Assembly: GCF_001194135.2 (NCBI RefSeq)
Contig: NC_068996.1
Span: 35,789,236 to 35,853,235, forward strand
DNA: 64,000 nucleotides
Direction of reading: 5' to 3'
Source of the DNA: Octopus bimaculoides
Lineage: Eukaryota
The translations under genes were made by a program, and so were the position numbers. The first letter of the stretch is position 1. Every line of letters begins with the position of its first letter. Positions 40,641 through 54,018 of this stretch are shown here, in pieces. The notes under the pieces were generated by a model. The model ran no database searches and was not told where the DNA came from. It worked only from the letters and a program-made list of their open reading frames with translations.

Positions 40641-41481
40641 GTAAGTAACTTTTTATTATTATTTCATTTGGACAAAGTCAATATGATTGGATTTCTTTTT
40701 ATGGCTACCGTTGTTAAGGCAAAACAATTTTGTTTTTATGCAATAAAAATTCTATATATTTTATCTGATTTTATGGGTCTTAAACTTTTACATTTTTGTC
40801 ATATTAAGTTTTTGTAAATTAAGTCCACTCAGCTGGCAAAAATGAGTTGTACTTGTATTTCAAAGGGTCAGCCTTGTCATACTCTGTGTCACACTGAATC
40901 TCCCTGAGAACTACATTAAGGGTACAGTTCTCCACAGTGTCTGTGGGGTGCTAAGCCACTTGCATGTTGATTTCATGAGCAGGTTGTTCCATTGATCACA
41001 TCAACTGGATCGTTGTAACCAACAGTGACAGTAAATTAAGTTAGAAAAAATAGACAAGCATTTTCTCTAAAATGCCTGTAATGTTATGTCATTTCACCTT
41101 TTAGCATTCAGATTACTCTGTGAAATTTAGTACTTATTTATTCTCATTGTTTTAAATTGATCATGTAGTATCTTATAGCTTTGAGATTTCAATGATGTGA
41201 TTGTTTTTAGAATATTTTTGTTTTTTGCGGAGTAGGTGTGAGAGGCTGCATCTAGCATGTTTGAACATAAAACAGATAGAATATTTGGGCTGGATATGGT
41301 CGGTTTAATTGCTAAAAGATTGATATAAATTTAAAAGTAACATTATATTATCTAGTATTCTCCTGTTGTCCGGTTCTCAATGTAACCTTTCATATATATT
41401 CAGGAGAATCGAGGAATTTTAGAGGAACAAATACGTTTTAGAAAATTGGTATGAGATCTTATTAAAACTGTTTTCTTTCAG

Positions 41482-41608
41482 ATGAAAAGCTCTCCGAAAA
41501 AAGAAAAGCAGTTACCTGCTAGTTTTAAAAACGTTGACAAAAAATTGGCTAACCTCATATTAAATGAGATTGTTGATTCGGGCCCACCGGTTGCATTTAA
41601 TGATGTTG
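41482..41608 (+). CDS. SPAST: Spastin exon, start of AAA region
   Basis: ttttctttcAG|ATG...GTTG|GTaagt; MKSSPKKEKQLPASFKNVDKKLANLILNEIVDSGPPVAFNDV(A), matching human [29 protein letters not shown]; phase 0-1, 127 nt. Confidence 0.95.
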
Positions 41609-41728
41609 GTAAGTTTCATATTTATTTTATTTCATTTCTACTAATCTTAATAAGTGACATATTGATATATATACAGTGAGTTTAATAATTGTCATATTGA
41701 TATATATATATATTTGTCAGGATAGATA

Positions 41729-41773
<45 letters not shown>

Positions 41774-44443
41774 CTGATCTTAATAATTGTCATTGATATA
41801 TATATATTTGTCTACATGAATACATATTGATATAATCGTTACCAGCATCGCTTTACTGGCATTTGTGCTGGTGGCACATTAGAAAACATTTGAGCGAGAT
41901 TGTTACCAGTGCGACTGGACTGGCTCCTATGCAGGTGGCACGTAAAAAACACCATTTTGAGCGTGGCCGTTGCCAGTACCACCTGACTGGCCTTCGTGCT
42001 GGTGGCATGTAAAAGCACCCACTACACTCTCTGAGTGGTTGGTGTTAGGAAGGGCATCCAGCTGTAGAAACTCTGCCAGATCAGATTGGAGCCTGGTGTA
42101 GCCATCTGGTTCACCAGTCCTCAGTCAAATCGTCCAACCCATGCTAGCATGGAAGGCGGACGTTAAACAACGATGATGATGATATTTGTCTATATGAACA
42201 CACATTGATATACATATATATTTATTTATATGAAACCCTACAGCGAGATCGTTGCCAGTGCCCTTGGACTGGCTCTTGTGCGGGTGGCACATAAAAGACA
42301 CCATTTCGAGCGTGGCCGTTTTCGTGCGGGTGACACGTAAAAGCACCCACTACACTCTCTGAGTGGTTGGCGTTAGGAAGGGCATCCAGCTGTAGAAACT
42401 CTGCCAAATTAGATTGGAGCCTGATGTAGCCATCCGGTTGCACCAGTCCTCAGTCAAATCGTCCAACCCATGCTAGCATGGAAAGCGGACGTTAAACGAT
42501 GATGATGATGATGATGATGATATATATATATATTGANNNNNNNNNNNNNNNNNNNNNNNNNNNNNNNNNNNNNNNNNNNNNNNNNNNNNNNNNNNNNNNN
42601 NNNNNNNNNNNNNNNNNNNNNNNNNNNNNNNNNNNNNNNNNNNNNNNNNNNNNNNNNNNNNNNNNNNNNNNNNNNNNNNNNNNNNNNNNNNNNNNNNNNN
42701 NNNNNNNNNNNNNNNNNNNNNNNNNNNNNNNNNNNNNNNNNNNNNNNNNNNNNNNNNNNNNNNNNNNNNNNNNNNNNNNNNNNNNNNNNNNNNNNNNNNN
42801 NNNNNNNNNNNNNNGAAACCCTACAGCGAGATCGTTGCCAGTGCCCTTGGACTGGCTCTTGTGCGGGTGGCACATAAAAGACACCATTTCGAGCGTGGCC
42901 GTTTTCGTGCGGGTGACACGTAAAAGCACCCACTACACTCTCTGAGTGGTTGGCGTTAGGAAGGGCATCCAGCTGTAGAAACTCTGCCAAATTAGATTGG
43001 AGCCTGATGTAGCCATCCGGTTGCACCAGTCCTCAGTCAAATCGTCCAACCCATGCTAGCATGGAAAGCGGACGTTAAACGATGATGATGATGATGATGA
43101 TGATATATATATATATTGATACGAGTTGCCAGTAGACTTAATGTTTCCTGTGTTGATACTATAATTTGGACCTTTACAGGGTTCCTTTATCAGGGTCCAC
43201 TCTAGTACAAGCATCCAGATTATGTTTCTGGTATAAGGATAAATTTTTATCTCAACCCATTGCTTCCTAATGTGACTACCTGTGTCTACTCATGATTTGT
43301 GGCACCATCTTCCTTTTCTCCTACTGTTACCAGTCTCAGAGATCCTGCAAAAATGGTTTGTCTTGGACATTGTCTGCCATCCTCTGTCTAAGTCATAAAA
43401 GAAGCAGCAGCAGAGACTTGGAATATTTTATTACAGAGGAAATAGTTATACATTTTAAGTTAATGGCAAATAAACCAAAATATGGATGCAGGAAAGATAT
43501 CAGGTCTTATGCAAACAAAGATCAATTATAAAGCTTTTATATTTCTTATGGTATATGCAAGGAAAATTTCCACAAATTTAGAATTGTTTGAACATATTTT
43601 CTCCCAAAACAAGTTATTCTTAACCCCAAAACTACTGAATCAGAAATAGAAGTTGTGGATATTTTGCACCTCTTCGTCATTCCATGGCAGTCCTTCCCTA
43701 CCTGTACACTAACAAGTCATCTTTATAGATGTGAGGTTTGCAGATATGACAAGGGTGTGATGGATTCTGATACACTGTATATAGAATCTTCTGTACTCTA
43801 GGCACAAATCCCGGAATTTTGGGGGAGTTGGATGCAGTCAATTAGATCGACCCCAGTACACAACTGGTACTTAATTTATCAATTCCGAAAGGATGAAAGG
43901 CAAAGTCGACCTCAGCGGAATTTGAACTCAGAATGTATTGACAGGTGAAATACCACTAAACATTTTGCCCGGCACGCTAATGTTTCTGTCAGCTTGCCAC
44001 CTTACATTGTATATTGAATACATCATCAATGATTACTATATAGATGATGATGATGATGATATTGATATTAACAGCTTCTTTCATCATCATAGTTTCAATG
44101 TTTACTTTTTCATTCTCACTTGAGTTGGATGGGATTTACTGAGGCAGATTTGCTATGGCTGGATACCCTCCCTGTCACCAACCCTCACCTGTTTCCAAGC
44201 AAAGTAATATTTTCTCATAGACTGACTGGAAATGACTGACCACATGCATAATGATGTCATTTGTTTACAACTATCATGTAAGGTCAAGGAATGGAGACAG
44301 CAAAACCTACACACATACGCACTCTCTCTCCTTCTCTCTCACTCACACACACATACACTCACTCACACTCTCACATACACACACACTCACGCATGTGTGT
44401 GTATGTGTTTGTATGTGTGTGTGTGTATATATATATGTGTATG

Positions 44444-44531
<88 letters not shown>

Positions 44532-44745
44532 TACACTCTGCAGAGTGTTTGGTGTTAAGAAGCTGTAAAATCTAGCTGAAAAATCCTTGCCAAAACAGAC
44601 ACAGTAGCTTAAAGTAAATTTTCTACCTGGCCAACTCCTGTCAGCCATCCTGCTCATGCATGCATGGAAGATGGACATTAAACGATGATGATGATATATA
44701 TATATGATGATGATGATATATATATATATATATATGATACCCCTC

Positions 44746-44782
<37 letters not shown>

Positions 44783-45627
44783 GGGATCTTTGCCTTGCAA
44801 GTTACTTGATGACCCTGCCAGTGCTGGTGCTATATAAAAAGTATTCTGTTCACTCTGTAAAGTGGTTTGTATTTGGAAGACACCCAGCTGTAAAAACCAT
44901 GCCTAAGCAGACCTTGCTGGTGTTGGTGCCATGTAAAAAGCACCCAGGTCACTCTATAAGGCAGTTGGCATTAGGAAGTGCATCCAGCCATAAAAAACCC
45001 TACCAAAAACATGCAGTAGAGCTGGGAGCTGTCCTCTGGTTTGCCAGCTCCTGTCTAACTGCCCAACCTATGCCAGCATGGAAAATGAATGTCAAATGAT
45101 TATGATGATGATTGAGAGATAGATATACACATGACAGGTTTCAGTTTTCCTCCTTTCAAATCCAATATGTTAAATTTATATAATACGGTGGCACGTAAAA
45201 AGCACCATTTGAGCGCGATCGTTTCCAGCTTCGCCTTACTGGCACTCATGCCAGAGGCATGTAAACAAAACATTGGACTGACCCCTGTACAGGTGGCACG
45301 TAAAAAAACACCATTTGAGCGTGACCATTGTCAGTACTGCCAAACTGGCCCTTGTTCCGGGTGGCACGTAAAAAGCACCCACTACACTCTTGGAGTGGTT
45401 GACGTTAGGAAGGGCATTCAGCTGTAGAAACTCCGCCAAATCAGATTGGAGTCTGGTGCAGCCATCTGGTTTGCCAGTCCCCAGTCAAATCGTCCAACCC
45501 ATGCTAGCATGGAAAGCGGACATTAAATGATGATGATGAATAATTCGTATATCCGTACAGTTTACTGTTGTGTGATTTTTTTTAGTATTACTTTTAAAAT
45601 TTCAAATTCTGTTTTTAATGTTTTTAG

Positions 45628-45692
45628 CTGGACAACAAATTGCTAAACAAGCCCTGCAAGAAATTGTTATTCTACCTTCCCTGCGACCTGAG
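45628..45692 (+). CDS. SPAST: Spastin AAA exon
   Basis: ttttAG|CT...GAG|GTaatt; (A)GQQIAKQALQEIVILPSLRPE; phase 1-0, 65 nt. Confidence 0.96.
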
Positions 45693-45981
45693 GTAATTAT
45701 TTTGCTGCTTGACCTTCATCCTGACCACTAGTCATTAGTTTTACGTTTACACATATGATTCTTTTATTCTTTTACTTGTTTCAGTCATTTAACTGCAGCC
45801 ATGCTGGAGCAACACCTTGAAGGATTTTTATTCGAGCAAACTGACCCCAGGACTTATTCTTTGTAAGCCTGGTGGTACTTATTCTATCGGTCTGTTTTGC
45901 CAAACTGCTAAGTTAAAGGGACATCAACACACCAGCACCGGTTGTCAAGCAGTGGAGTGGAGACAAACACAGACACAAAGA

Positions 45982-46033
<52 letters not shown>

Positions 46034-46750
46034 CAATGGGCTGCTTTCAGTTTCCGTCTACTAAATTCACTCAGAAGGTTTTTCTCAACCTGTGGCTATA
46101 GTAGAAGACACTTGTCCAAGGTGCCACACAGTGGGACTGAACCCAGAACCATGTGGTTAGCAAGCAAGCTACTTACCACACAGCAACGCCTGCTATATAG
46201 AAATTATTAATATTTGTGTCTGGTGCCCTGTGAAAAGAATGTAACAGTGATGTTCACTGAATAGTAGGCTGCTCTGCATTTATTTCAGAAGAAAGTCACA
46301 ATTTGTAACTATGGGTTTGATTATTTCTTTAGTGATGTAACATTGGAAACATATAATTACATGCATGCACGCTTGTGGACACACACACACACACACAATA
46401 TATATATATTATATATATATGAATTGTAGTCATGGTTGCTGCTTGTGCCATGTAAATGACACTCATGCATTGTAGTCGTGGTCGTTGCCAGTAGCATATA
46501 AATGACACCCACCCGTGGATTGTAGTTGTGGTTGCTGCCAGTGTCATGTAAATGGCACCTGTGCCAGTGACACTTAAAAACACCCATTACACTTCTAGAG
46601 TGGTTGGCACTAGGAAGGTCATCCAGGTGTAGAAACCATGCCAAATCAGACTGGAACCTGGTGCAGCTCCCTGGCTCATCAGCTCCAGTTAAACTGTCTA
46701 ACCCATGCCAGTATGGAGAGTGGACGTTAAATGATGATATATATATATAA

Positions 46751-47220
46751 ACAGCTGAAACATCTAAAACTCTACTTCCTGGAGAGAAGGCGGGAGAGAT
46801 ATGCAGTAATATACATCTGGAAGGAATTGTGCCAAATTTTGGCATTGAAAGCTCCACCAATACCAGATGGGTTGACATTGCATAGTGTCAAATATCCCAA
46901 CAATGCCATCATGCTTCAGGACCAGTTACTGCAACAGCCTGAGTTTCAGGGGCCTACAGCTTTTTAATATTCTCCCAAAGGGCCTGAGGAACCTGCACAA
47001 AATAGATGTAGGCGTTTTTAAATCAAAGCTAGACCTCTTCCTGTCGAGAGTTCCAGATGAACCTACCTCACAGCAAGAGGTGCAAATGAGGGTAGCTACA
47101 TCAAACTCCATTCTTCACCAAGTGCCACATGTTGGAGGAGGCTCTCAGTAATAACAGTGTACCAAAATGGGGGTGTATCAGCCTGGCTGCAGCTATGAGC
47201 TGAAACTACAGCAAAAAAAA
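46751..47220 (+). mobile_element. CR1/L2-group LINE 3' fragment
   Basis: QLKHLKLY-LERRRERYAVIYIWK and FRGLQLFNILPKGLRNL...FKSKLDLFLSRVPDEP...SNSILHQ, typical CR1 ORF2 C-terminal motifs. Confidence 0.8.
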
Positions 47221-48016
47221 GAAAAGAAAAGGAATATATATATATATATATATATGTATATATTCAAAAATTATGGAATGGAGTTGATAAAATCCAAGCT
47301 ACATTTGTTTCACAGCTGGCAGAACCTCAGAAGTAGTAAATTATCCAAACGAGGGGTAGACTGCAAGCTACTGAGGCTAACGATACCTTGATTATATGAA
47401 GTTTACATTATTGTTAGGAGATCCTGTGTTAATTTGTTGGGGATTTGATTGAAATGCGCCAACCTTCTGTGCCAATAAACTACTATTGTTCCTGAAAGTT
47501 GTTTTTTTATATTTTCTATGGACTGCTCAAAGCTTACTAACTTCCTACACCTCGATCCTTGGATCTTACCTTTACGTGTATGTGTGTGTGTGTGTGTGTA
47601 TGCATGCATGCTTTGTTCGTGGGCTAACAAGGTAACGAATGGTTTCATGTGAAATGATCTTAACAATTGTTCAAGCATCTCCAAAATGGAGATGAGTACC
47701 ATTATCTATCAATGTGGTGTTGAGCATTCATTTTCTAACAGAATAAGTACCAGACTTTTTTAAAAAAAGTACTAGGGTTGATTTGTATGTCTAAATCTTC
47801 CAAAGTGTTGCTCCAGCATGGTCACAGATTAATGAAAGAAACAAGTAAAAGATAAACTCAAATTTTGTGAAGTCAAACATTCAAATTCAGACTTTTTAAA
47901 ATATTAATATTTTCAATATAATAAAACACTCGTATTTTGAAATGACTAGTTATTGATTAATTATAATTGTTAATTTTTGTCTCATTTTTTTTTTTGTTAT
48001 TGTTAATTTGCTTTAA

Positions 48017-48229
<213 letters not shown>

Positions 48230-48754
48230 TAGTAAGAGAGAGGTAGGGAGAGAGAGAGTGGGGAGGAAGAAGAAAGAGAAAGCAGGTTCACTGAAGACAC
48301 CCAAAATGCCAGGTGGTGGTGGTGGTAGTGGTGTTGGTGATGGTGGACCATATAATTAGTTTGTGAACCAAGAAGACCATTATAATATTTGAACTCAGAA
48401 GGCAAAGAACTGGAATAATCACTACAAGGAATCTGGTTTGGTGTTCTTATAGTTCCTCCACTCCTATTGCCTTACCTTTGGTGGTGCTTTTTTCTTAATC
48501 AACATCTCCAACATACTCCCTCTAGATGAGAGTAGCCATGCTGATCCTTCTACAAGACCCTTCCCACACACCTCTCATTCCTGAGGAATGGAACTGAATC
48601 CCTATTTCCTCACCAGCTTTCATAACCTTGTGAATTGCATGGCAATCTTAATAGTGCAAAGAATAAGTCCTGGGATCAATTTCTTTGACTAAAACACTTT
48701 TAAAGTGGTGCTCCAGCATGGCCACAGTCGAATGACTGAAACAAAAGAACCCGT

Positions 48755-49471
48755 CAGAGTGTAAGTATCTTGAGAGAAAAGCTGAACATTAGAAGCATCA
48801 GTTGTGGTGTGCAAGAGAGACGATTGCGCTGGTATAGACATGTGGTGAGAATAGCTGCGTGAAAAAGTGCCACACCCTAACAGTTGAGGGAACCCGTGGA
48901 AGAGGTAGGCCCAGGAAGACCTGGGCTGAGGTGGTGAGGCAAGTCCTTCGTACATTGGGCCTCACCGAGGCGATGNNNNNNNNNNNNNNNNNNNNNNNNN
49001 NNNNNNNNNNNNNNNNNNNNNNNNNNNNNNNNNNNNNNNNNNNNNNNNNNNNNNNNNNNNNNNNNNNNNNNNNNNNNNNNNNNNNNNNNNNNNNNNNNNN
49101 NNNNNNNNNNNNNNNNNNNNNNNNNNNNNNNNNNNNNNNNNNNNNNNNNNNNNNNNNNNNNNNNNNNNNNNNNNNCTGGCTCCCGTAGGATTTTCGAGTG
49201 AGATCATTGCCAGTGCCCCTGGACTGGCTTGTGCGGGTGGCACATAAAAGACACCATTTCGAGCGTGGCCGTTCTCGTGCGGGTGACACGTAAAAGCACC
49301 CACTACACTCTCTGAGTGGTTGGCGTTAGGAAGGGCATCCAGCTGTAGAAACTCTGCCAAATTAGATTGGAGCCTGGTGTTGCCATCTGGTTCACCAGTC
49401 CTCAGTCAAATCGTCCAACCCATGCTAGCATGGAAAGCGGACGTTAAACGATGATGATGATGATGATGATG
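48755..49471 (+). mobile_element. RTE (BovB-like) LINE 3' end with 3'UTR and (GAT)n tail, spanning an N gap
   Basis: RRLRWYRHVVR and VKKCHTLTVEGTRGRGRPRKTWAEVVRQ; after the gap, the common 3'UTR ends GGACGTTAAACG(ATG)n. Confidence 0.85.
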
Positions 49472-51056
49472 AGATTTGTTACATTTGTGAAGGAAGATTA
49501 AGTTTGTTTGATATTTCTGCCAAGACACTTTGGTTTCTGAAGTTATCTCGATGGAATCTTGGGGGTTTGGTACTGGTTTTATTGTTTAGCTGCAGGTCAA
49601 TTTGGATGATGTAGAAACCATACCAAAGCAGACATTGGAACTCAATGCAGTCCTTAGACATATCAGATCCTGTTGAACTGTTCAACCCATGCCAGCATGG
49701 AACATGAATGGTAAATGATGGTGATGATAATGTCCTAAGAAGGATGAAAGGCAAATTTGACCCCATTAGGATTTGAACTCAGAACCAGTGTCCAACCATT
49801 TTCTGTCTGTGAACCCCTTTGATTCCTATTCTACTCTACTGGACTCCCATAACCATTTGAAGTTTTAAAAGAATACCACTATATATTTTATAATTAATTA
49901 TTATTAGGAATTCTATAAAAACAATTGTTTTTAAGTATTTTGTGCATTGTAGAAGTATAACCAATTTATTGCACATAAACTTTGGCAACAAAATCTTGGA
50001 CACTGGTTAAGAACCACTGTGCTAGACTGGCCTATGATCAAAGACGTTCCAGTTATGGCCATCTTATTTTCTTGTGGTTGAGAAGACCTGTCAAGTCAAG
50101 TGAAATCGTAATCGCAGCCAATGTCAGTGTTTCATAACTGGCAACCATGCAAATGGCATGTAAAAAAGCACCCATTATACTCTTGGAGTGGTTGGCATTA
50201 GGAAGGTCATCCAGCTTTAGACACCATGTCAAACCAGATTGGAACCTGGTGCAACTCCCCCAGCTTACCAGTTTTCAGTCAAACCATCCAGCCTATACCA
50301 GCATGGAAAATGGACATTAGATGATGATGATGATAATGATAGTGTATTATGCTGGACTATATGATTTTTCTTTTTAAGATGGCTGTAAATTGAAGAAGGT
50401 TTTCTTGCTGTTTCTAGCGGGTCAAATAAATGTTCTGTAATTGGCTTCATTTTCTCTTGGGTTTGATACTGCCTTGCAGAATCAATTGATGCAGTTTAAT
50501 ATAAATTGATGCTTTGCCATTGGCAAGAGAAATTTGGATGCAAAATAATTTTATTATAATATCTGAAGGGGGAAAAAATCAATTTTTGATTCCTGAAATA
50601 AAAAAAAATAATGTAAAATTTGAAATAAAGAAATAAAAGAAAGGAAATGTAGAAAGAAAAATGAAAAAGAAAATTCTGCTAGCATCCATAAAGCAAGATT
50701 TGTAATACACTGCTTTAAGATGATGGTGATGGTGGTTGTGGTGTTAGTGTTGGTTGCAGTGGTGATGATGGTGGCAACGATTGTGGTTTTTCATAAAAGA
50801 TTTTGTAAAGTGAGGTGCAGGAACCTTTATGTAGTTCTTGTATCTTTTACTTGCTTCACTCATTAAACCGCGGCCATGCTGGGGCACCGCCTTGAAGAAT
50901 CTTGGTCAAACGAATCGACAACAATACTAATTTCTATTTGAAGTCTGGTATTTATTCTGTCTGTCTCTCTTGCCGAAGCGCTAAGTTACGAGGCTGTAAA
51001 CACACCATCAGTTTCAAGTGGTGGGGGTGAGGGAAAACACAGACACAAAGCGCGCG

Positions 51057-51093
<37 letters not shown>

Positions 51094-52712
51094 TTATAAA
51101 AAAGAAGTTTGAAAACGCCAATATATAAATATATATATATATATATATACACACGACGGGTTTCTTTCAGTTTCCGTCTGCCAAATCCACTCACAAGGCT
51201 TCGATCAGCTTCAGGCCATAGTGGAAGACACTCGCTGAAGGTGGCATACAGTGGAATTGAACCCAGAACGCAGAACCTTGTGGTTGGAGAGAAAACCTTT
51301 TACCACTCCGTTATCATTGAAATGAAATATTCTTTTAAATCAGCAGTAACGACTCTGGTGTAAAATATTTCAGGGGAGGTAACTTCATTGACAACAATGA
51401 ACGGTTTGAAATTTCTATCTTGTTTTAGCCCATTTTAGTCCCACTAGCTGACAAAAGCCATGACCACCTCGTCTTATTTTCACACAGTATTCATGTAGTA
51501 CTACATTATATCCATTGGTATCAGTCTTTTGTTTTAAGACAGTTTGGTTTGAGTGATATTTAGCTGTTGTTTCTTGCAGGTACATTAGGCTCCTTCTGGT
51601 TGAAAAAAAAAAGAGATATAAAAATGATAATGTTAAATTTATTGTTGTTACAGTGCTCAATTGCACTACAACTCATCAGAAAAAGTAATCGAAACTGGCA
51701 TAGGAACTGTTTCAGGCGTTTCAATTCTTACTGACGCTATTTTAAAATTTGAAATGTAACTTTAAAGTTCGCGTCTCGTCTATTTACAATTGTGTGTGTG
51801 TGTGGATCGATCCAGTTATTTCTGTTACATTAGACAAGTAGCCTAGAGTGAAATATAGTGAAGTAACTATAACTCTGAGCCGACCAAAGCCTTGTGGTTG
51901 GACTTTTAGACAGAAAGTGAAAGAAACCCGTCATGTGTGTAAATCCAGGAAAAAAAGTCAGGGATTTTGTCTGGGAGGGTGGGTGGTGTAGGTGGGTTTT
52001 GTCCGGATCCCATAAATTGTGACTTTATTACCAGTCACCGGTATGTATGAGATTTAAGAATTAAGGTAAAGAAAATACAGTATCGAAACCTTTATTTCAG
52101 AGTAAGTCCCAGGTCGTGTGTCCGCGGAGCCCGTTCACCACTTATGGCTACCAGGCATCATGAGCGATGCTTAGCAAATATCATTGTAACAATTTCAGGG
52201 ATTCCAGGATGGATGTTGGGTATATATTAAAGATAAATAGAGAAGACGGAATGTACCAACAACATTTTTTTATATTACCACAACATTTGTTTTATCTTCA
52301 AGATGCACTGCTCCCTTGTGGGCGTGAAACGATGCAATAACACCAGGTGCAACACACAGTGCATAGAGGACACCTCAGGTGCGATAACATGGTTTTATGT
52401 TGGGAGATTTACATTTGAGTTTCGCTGTATTGAGAGATTTTAAGTTATACAGACACACACATTCAGGTTTTTACTATAGTTTTTGCAGAAATATCTTTGA
52501 TGGGATAAGCTTCTGGCCATCTCGAGAAACGATCTATACATGTCAACAAATAAATGTTATCTTCACATGAAGTTAAGGGTCCAACTATATCGATGTGGAT
52601 TTGTTGGAATAACCTCCGGTAGATACCTCCTGCAGATGGTTAATGACACAATGTGTCCAATATATTGCAAACAAGGGAGCGAACAACTTCCATCTAGCGG
52701 CGACCAGACAAG

Positions 52713-52762
<50 letters not shown>

Positions 52763-53182
52763 AGTCTCCTTGCCTTGACATTGTGCGATAGTTGTAAACG
52801 AATGTCATTGTCGTACGGCAATGTTTTTCGTTTCCATGAAAACGTGTCTGGTTGTCACGGGGAAAATATCATAGGTGAGCATTTGTAAATGGAAGGGTAT
52901 CCGGCCGTTGAAAAGCTGTTCCAACGAATTCCATCAGACTCGTGCAAGTATGGAAAAGTGAACGTTAAAAGGGCGGTGGCGACAGCAGCAAGATGATGAT
53001 TTTTATTTCAGATCTATTCTAAAGTATTCAACAATAACATGTGTATCAACATATTCGAAGTAGTAAACCGAGAAATGTTAATTTATTTAAAAATGTGAGA
53101 GCCTCGCTTTCTTGCACATTATGATGAAGCGATAAACTGTTTATCTGTTTAGGTTCTATTGGGGAAAACCAATAGAAGAAAT

Positions 53183-54018
53183 GGTGGACATTGGAATTAG
53201 ACACTGAGGGAAAATGGCTGCAACTTTTTTATTTTTTAATTTTGACGACTTTCGCTTTCGATAATGTGTTCTATATGTCACGGTCATGCGATTCCCCCTA
53301 AAAAAAATTTTGGACCCCAAATCCCCCTCCCCCCGCACACACACACACGGGNNNNNNNNNNNNNNGGGGGGGGGGGGGGTGTTTGATGATTTTCATTTTT
53401 GACATTGTGTTCTACATGTCCAGGTCGTACGAATAGCCTCGCAACTTAGATGTGAAAATGAACGGCTTACATTTATATTGAAACAGAAAAAGGATCATAT
53501 GTGGAGTCCCCACTACGAAACTTGATATGCTAGAAATAACAGCTAAATGCGGACAATCCAAATCTTGCATTGGTCCAAATGGACTATATGTAAATAAATA
53601 TGAAAGAAAAAATGCGCTTTGGCAAACGGGGTTAGGGTTAGGTTTTGAGTTAGGGTTAGGGTAAACCTAACCCTAACCCTGACCCTAACCCTAACCCTAA
53701 CCAGATTTGGCTGTTATTTCTAGCATGTAAATAGCCTGCTTGGTGAGGGGAGNNNNNNNNNNNNNNNNNNNNNNNNNNNNNNNNNNNNNNNNNNNNNNNN
53801 NNNNNNNNNNNNNNNNNNNNNNNNNNNNNNNNNNNNNNNNNNNNNNNNNNNNNNNNNNNNNNNNNNNNNNNNNNNNNNNNNNNNNNNNNNNNNNNTTTTT
53901 TTAGGGGAATCGCATGACCGTGACATATAGAACACATTATCGAAAACGAAAATCGCCAAAATTAAAAAATAAAAAAGTTACAGCCATTTTCCCTCAGTGT
54001 CTAATTCCAATGTCCACC
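53183..54018. mobile_element. Non-autonomous DNA transposon with ~125-bp TIRs and 8-bp TSD (GAAGAAAT); superfamily uncertain (Merlin/MULE-like)
   Basis: 53183-53308 is the reverse complement of ~53896-54018 with few mismatches (GGTGGACATTGGAATTAGACACTGAGGG...); GAAGAAAT at 53175-53182 and 54019-54026. Confidence 0.9.
53628..53702. repeat. Interstitial telomere-type repeats in head-to-head orientation
   Basis: GGGGTTAGGGTTAGGTTTTGAGTTAGGGTTAGGGT-AAA-CCTAACCCTAACCCTGACCCTAACCCTAACCCTAACC. Confidence 0.9.

Noticed and set aside
42232-43117. Apparent perfect tandem duplication of a ~300-bp RTE 3'UTR (ORFs 42222-42443 and 42454-43026)
   Set aside because: The two copies appear identical, including the tail and TA run, and flank an N gap. 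This is most likely a false duplication from overlapping contig ends.
53628-53702. Ancient chromosome end-to-end fusion site
   Set aside because: Only about 75 bp long, inside an intron of an intact gene and inside a TSD-flanked element, so it was brought in by transposition.
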